From contig CP114563.1 in assembly GCA_028865235.1 (NCBI GenBank), positions 10,914 through 74,913 on the forward strand: a DNA stretch of 64,000 nucleotides, given 5' to 3'. A program made the translations under genes and the position numbers. How positions within the stretch are numbered: the stretch's first letter is position 1; each line of letters opens with the position of its first letter. The notes beneath the pieces are model-generated. The model searched no databases and had not been told where the DNA came from. It saw nothing but the letters and a program-made list of their open reading frames with translations. This stretch comes from Candidatus Manganitrophus sp. GTDB lineage: Bacteria; Nitrospirota; Nitrospiria; SBBL01; Manganitrophaceae. Of the stretch, positions 59,647-64,000 are shown one piece after another.

Positions 59647-62087
59647 TCAGAGACCTGGGTGAATCGTGTGATCCGCCGGGGCGAAATAGAAGGCCGCCGC
59701 GCCGATCAGCAGGGCCGCCAGGATGAGGCCCGCAAGAAAGGCATATTCACCGAGCGATTCCCTCAAAGACGGATGAAGAATCTCCTCTGCGGTTTGAGGC
59801 GGCCGGAAACGGCGCAGCCTCAAAGCATTGGCGACCACGCTCACGCTGCTCATCGCCATTGCCGCGGCCGCCAACACCGGATTGAGCAGGACACCCAAGA
59901 GAGGATAGAGCGCCCCCATGGCGACCGGAATGAGCGCGATGTTGTACGCGAATGCCCAGAAAAGCCCCTGTTTGATCTTGCCGACCGTTTTTCGGGAGAG
60001 CGCGATTGCCGTTACGATATTTCTCAGATCTCCCCCGATCAGCGTAATGTCCGAGGCCGCCATCGCCACATCGGTGCCGGTGCCGACTGCGACGCCAAGA
60101 TCGGCCTGGGCCAGCGCCGGCGCATCATTGATGCCGTCCCCCACCATCGCAACGATTTTTCCTTGAGTCTGAAGGGCTTTCACTTTCGCTGCTTTTTCTT
60201 CTGGCCGAACCTCTGCAAGAACATGCTCGATTCCGACCTGTCGTGCGATCGCCCCCGCGGTCGCCCGGTGATCACCCGTCAACATCCAGACATTCAGACC
60301 CAGCGCTTTGAGTTGAGCGACGGCCTCCTGAGATTCGGGTTTCAAGGTATCGGCTACAGCTAACAGACCCGCCGCCTCACCATCGACCGCAACATAGACC
60401 GGTGTGGCTCCTCTTCCAGCAAGCGCTTCGGCCTTTAGGTCGAGGTCCTCTGTGAATATGGTCAGTTCTCTCATCCATGCGCGGTTTCCAAGAAGAATCT
60501 GTCGTCCTTGCACTTCCGCCCGGATTCCTTTACCTGGAGCGGCTTCAAACGCATCGACTGGAGGAAGATTGAGTCCTTCTTCCTCGGCTTTGTTGACAAC
60601 GGCCTCTCCGAGCGGGTGTTCCGAGCCGACCTCTGCGGCCGCCGCAAGGAGGAGCAGCTCTTGCTTCGTCATCCCATTTCTGACCACGATCTCGGTCACC
60701 GTCGGTCTTCCGTGGGTGAGCGTACCGATCTTATCGAGCACAAGTGTATCGATCCTCCGTGCCTTTTCTAAAGCCTCACCCCCTTTCACCAGAATGCCGT
60801 GTTCCGCCGCCTTTCCGATGCCGACCATCATGGCCGTCGGAGTTGCCAGTCCGAGCGCACAGGGGCAGGCGATAATTAAGACTGTAATTGCAGCTGTCAG
60901 CGCAAAGATCAATGATGGCCCAAAAGCGAGCCAGATGACGAAAGTCAGCGCCGCCAGAACAAGAACGATTGGAACAAAGTATCCGGAAATCGTATCAGCG
61001 AGTCGCTGGATCGGCGCCTTGGAGCCCTGCGCTTCCTCCACGAGTCGTATAATGTGAGCCAGCGCCGTCTCCTGTCCTACCTGGGTTGCCTTAAAGAGAA
61101 AACTGCCCGTCTTATTGAGCGTGGCTCCGATCACAAGGTCCTTCCGCCCTTTCTCTACTGGCAGGCTCTCACCGGTCAGCATGCTCTCATCTAACGTGGA
61201 GCGGCCTTCGATGATGACTCCATCAACTGGAACTTTCTCACCGGGGCGGACCCGAATGAGATCTCCGACCTGAACCTGCTCGATTGGAACATCCTGTTCG
61301 ATTCCGTCCCGAAGGCGTTTGGCCGTTTTCGCCCGGAGTCCCATTAACGCCTGGATTGCGGCCCCGGTTCGACTTTTTGCCCTTGCCTCCAGCCAACGCC
61401 CTAACAAGATCAAGGCAACAATGAGAACAGCCGTCTCGTAATAGAGATGAAAGGGGAGCCCCCAACGCGCGGCAAGGTCTGGCCAAAGGGTGACGAAGGC
61501 GCTGTAGCCGTAGGCTGCGCTGGTGCCGACTGCTACTAACGTATTCATGTTGGTGGTGCCATGTTTGGCCGCGGCCCAAGCAGCCCGATAGAAATCTCCC
61601 CCCGCCCAAAACTGGACGACTGAGGCTGCGATTAGAAACAGCGGGGCCAAGAGGCGAATATCGAGTAGCAGAGGAAGATACATCAACGCCATCATCAGAA
61701 TACCGATCGGAAGACTGATCTGCCACTTCCGCCGCAGATCGTCTATTTGCTGATGACGCTCCCGGTCTTGGGACCTGCCCCTCTCATGATCCAAGTCCGT
61801 AGGATTGATCGCGGGGGTCTGTTTAGAGGGTGCATCCGGCCCGTCCCGAACTTCGTAGCCTGCTTTCTCCACCGCCGTGCGAAGTTGATCCGTTCCGGCT
61901 TCGGTGGCGTCATAAAAGACGTGAGCCTTTTCGGTCACTAGGTTCACAGTGGCCTCTTTTACTCGGGGACCTTCATGAGCGCCTTTTCAATCCGCCGAAC
62001 GCAGCTCGCACAGCTCATGCCGCTGATACGGAGCGTCTGTTCTTGGCGGTTCGGTTCCGTGGTCGTTGCCGGATTCAATTTTTCCAT
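59647..62087 (-). CDS. Cu(I) P1B-1 ATPase (frameshift after HMA start)
   Basis: GMSCASC, TGES, CPC, DKIGT, SEHP, YN, MAMSS. Confidence 0.93.
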
Positions 62088-62249
62088 TTGTCTCGCCTCC
62101 TGGTTCTTTGCGATGAGATCGTTTTGTCTTTTCATCGATACCGATTCATGCAGCCTTGGTATGGTGATGGGAATGTAGTCCTGCAGCATCGGATTGTTTC
62201 TGAGCAGCCGCAGGAATTCTTCCCTTCTCCGTTTCATTTTTGATCCGAG

Positions 62250-64000
62250 GAGATCTTGGTTCGGCGCAACAGTTGAGCGTTCATCGCCACCACGATCGTG
62301 CTCAACGACATCAGGGAGGGCCCCGACCGCCGGCGAGAGGACGATGCCGTAGGGTGCCCAAGATCCCCGCCGCCAGCGGCAGGGCAACAATGTTGTAACC
62401 GGCCGCCCACCAGAGGTTTTGATACATTTTGCGGTAGCTCGCCCGGCTGAGCCGGATGATCTTCACGATATCGAGCGGGTTGCTCCTCATCAAAATGATC
62501 CCAGCCGATTCAATCGCCACATCGGTGCCGCTTCCGATCGCGATCCCGACCTCCCGCTTCGAGTCAGAGCCGGCGCATCGTTCACTCCATCGCCGACCAT
62601 CGCGACCCTCTTTCCCTGGCGCTGTAGCTCGGCGATCTCTTTTGATCTTTGTGTTCGGAAGTACCTCCGCAAAATAGCGGTCGATCTTGAGTTCCTCGGC
62701 CACTGTTCTGGCCACCGCATTGCTGTCGCCGGTGAGCATCGCGACCTCCACTCCCATTGCATGGAGTTCCTCGACGGCGCGTTTACTCTCCGGTCGGATG
62801 ACATCCGCCAAGGGACACTCCGCCGATGACCTGCTTGTTTTCGATGACGTAGACCGCTGTCTCTCCTTTTGGTTTGCCTCCCGCTGAAAGGTCATCAACT
62901 CCTCCGGGAGATCTAGCCGGATCATCTCCAACAATCGGGGCCCCCCCAGGAAGATCCGCTTTGCCGTCATGATTCGCCTTCACACCCCGCCCCTTGATCG
63001 CCTCCAAAATCACCTCTGGTACGATAAGGTTTCGATTCTCAGCGGCCTTCCGAATCCCTTGGGCGATGGGGTGCTCTGAATCTCTTTCCAAGGCCGCAGC
63101 AAGGGTGAGAATTTCCGCGTCGCTCCTTCCGGCAACAGCGGCGATCGTTACGACGAAGAAGGTTTCCTTCGGTGAGGGTTCCCGTTTTATCAAACACCAC
63201 CATGTTTATTTCGCGGGCTTTCTCGAACGCCATCCGATCCCGCACGAGAATGCCGTTTCAGGCCCCATCGCTGTGGTGATTGCCACCACCAATGGAACAG
63301 CCAGGCCTAACGCGTGGGGGCAGGCGATGACTAAAACCGTGGCGACCCGAGCGATGACGTCCACATTGAGCCCTACCGCAATCGTCCAAAGGAGGGCGGT
63401 CAATGCGGCAACCCCGAGCGCCACATAGAAAAGAAGGTTCGCCGCCTTATCGGCCAAGACCTGGCTCTTTGACTTGCTCTCCTGGGCCTGCTTTACCAGG
63501 CGCATAATCCCCGCAAGCGCTGTCTCTTGCCCGGTGGCGGTGACCCGAATACGAAGGCTGCCGTCGGCATTGATTGTGCCTGCGATGACGCGATCTCCAG
63601 GACGCTTGAAGACCGGCTTTGACTCTCCGGTGATCATCGATTCATTGACTTCCGATTCTCCTGCTCCACCTCGCCGTCGGCGGAAATGCCGGTTCCGGGG
63701 CGAATCGGGAGGCGATCTCCCCCGCAGATCAGTCGCCGGGATCTGAGCGATACTTCCATCTTCCTCGATCCGCTCTGCCGTATCGGGCAACAGCCGGGCG
63801 AGTTCATCCAGAGCGCCGGATGCCTGACGGACACTTCTCATCTCGATCCAATGGCCCAGCAGCATCATGTCAATTAAAGTAACCAGTTCCCAGAAGAAGC
63901 CCATCTGCCCCGGCATGAACAATGCTGCCACGCTGTAGCCGAAAGCGACCGTGATGGCGAGTGAGATGAGCATCATCATCCCAGGCCGACGCCGGCGCCA
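62250..64000 (-). CDS. P1B-3 (CPH) copper ATPase, 5'-partial, frameshifted
   Basis: [37 protein letters not shown]. Confidence 0.9.

Overview
GC-rich bacterial window with many single-base indels that split otherwise intact genes; these look like uncorrected long-read errors rather than true pseudogenes. It has three blocks. (1) 1-10.6 kb: a czcCBA-type RND operon with a P-II gene. Upstream lies an orphan ~600-aa Cas12m-like (type V-M/V-U1) effector, followed by ONE Cas12m-type pseudoknot repeat plus a putative guide and bracketed by two DCHCxCH/RPP CzcI-like leader ORFs. (2) 10.7-31.6 kb: a mobile-backbone-like region with an IS110/IS1111 element, an ISAzo13 remnant, an S9 peptidase, a 292-bp nested hairpin upstream of an AbrB - Whirly-like - MerR-HTH operon, HU, UdgX, lexA-imuA-imuB-dnaE2, a PLD nuclease and SRAP. 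(3) 32-64 kb: a Cu/Hg island with cusCBA, merA-arsR, merR plus a YPC-motif P1B ATPase, three more P1B ATPases, copAB, copZ and a Csp-like gene; three of its operons are headed by Cys/His-rich leader ORFs, two of them followed by attenuator-like hairpins. Best candidates for new biology are the single-guide Cas12m-like locus, the bacterial Whirly module and the leader-peptide attenuators. All family calls come from motif recognition by eye; no searches were run.
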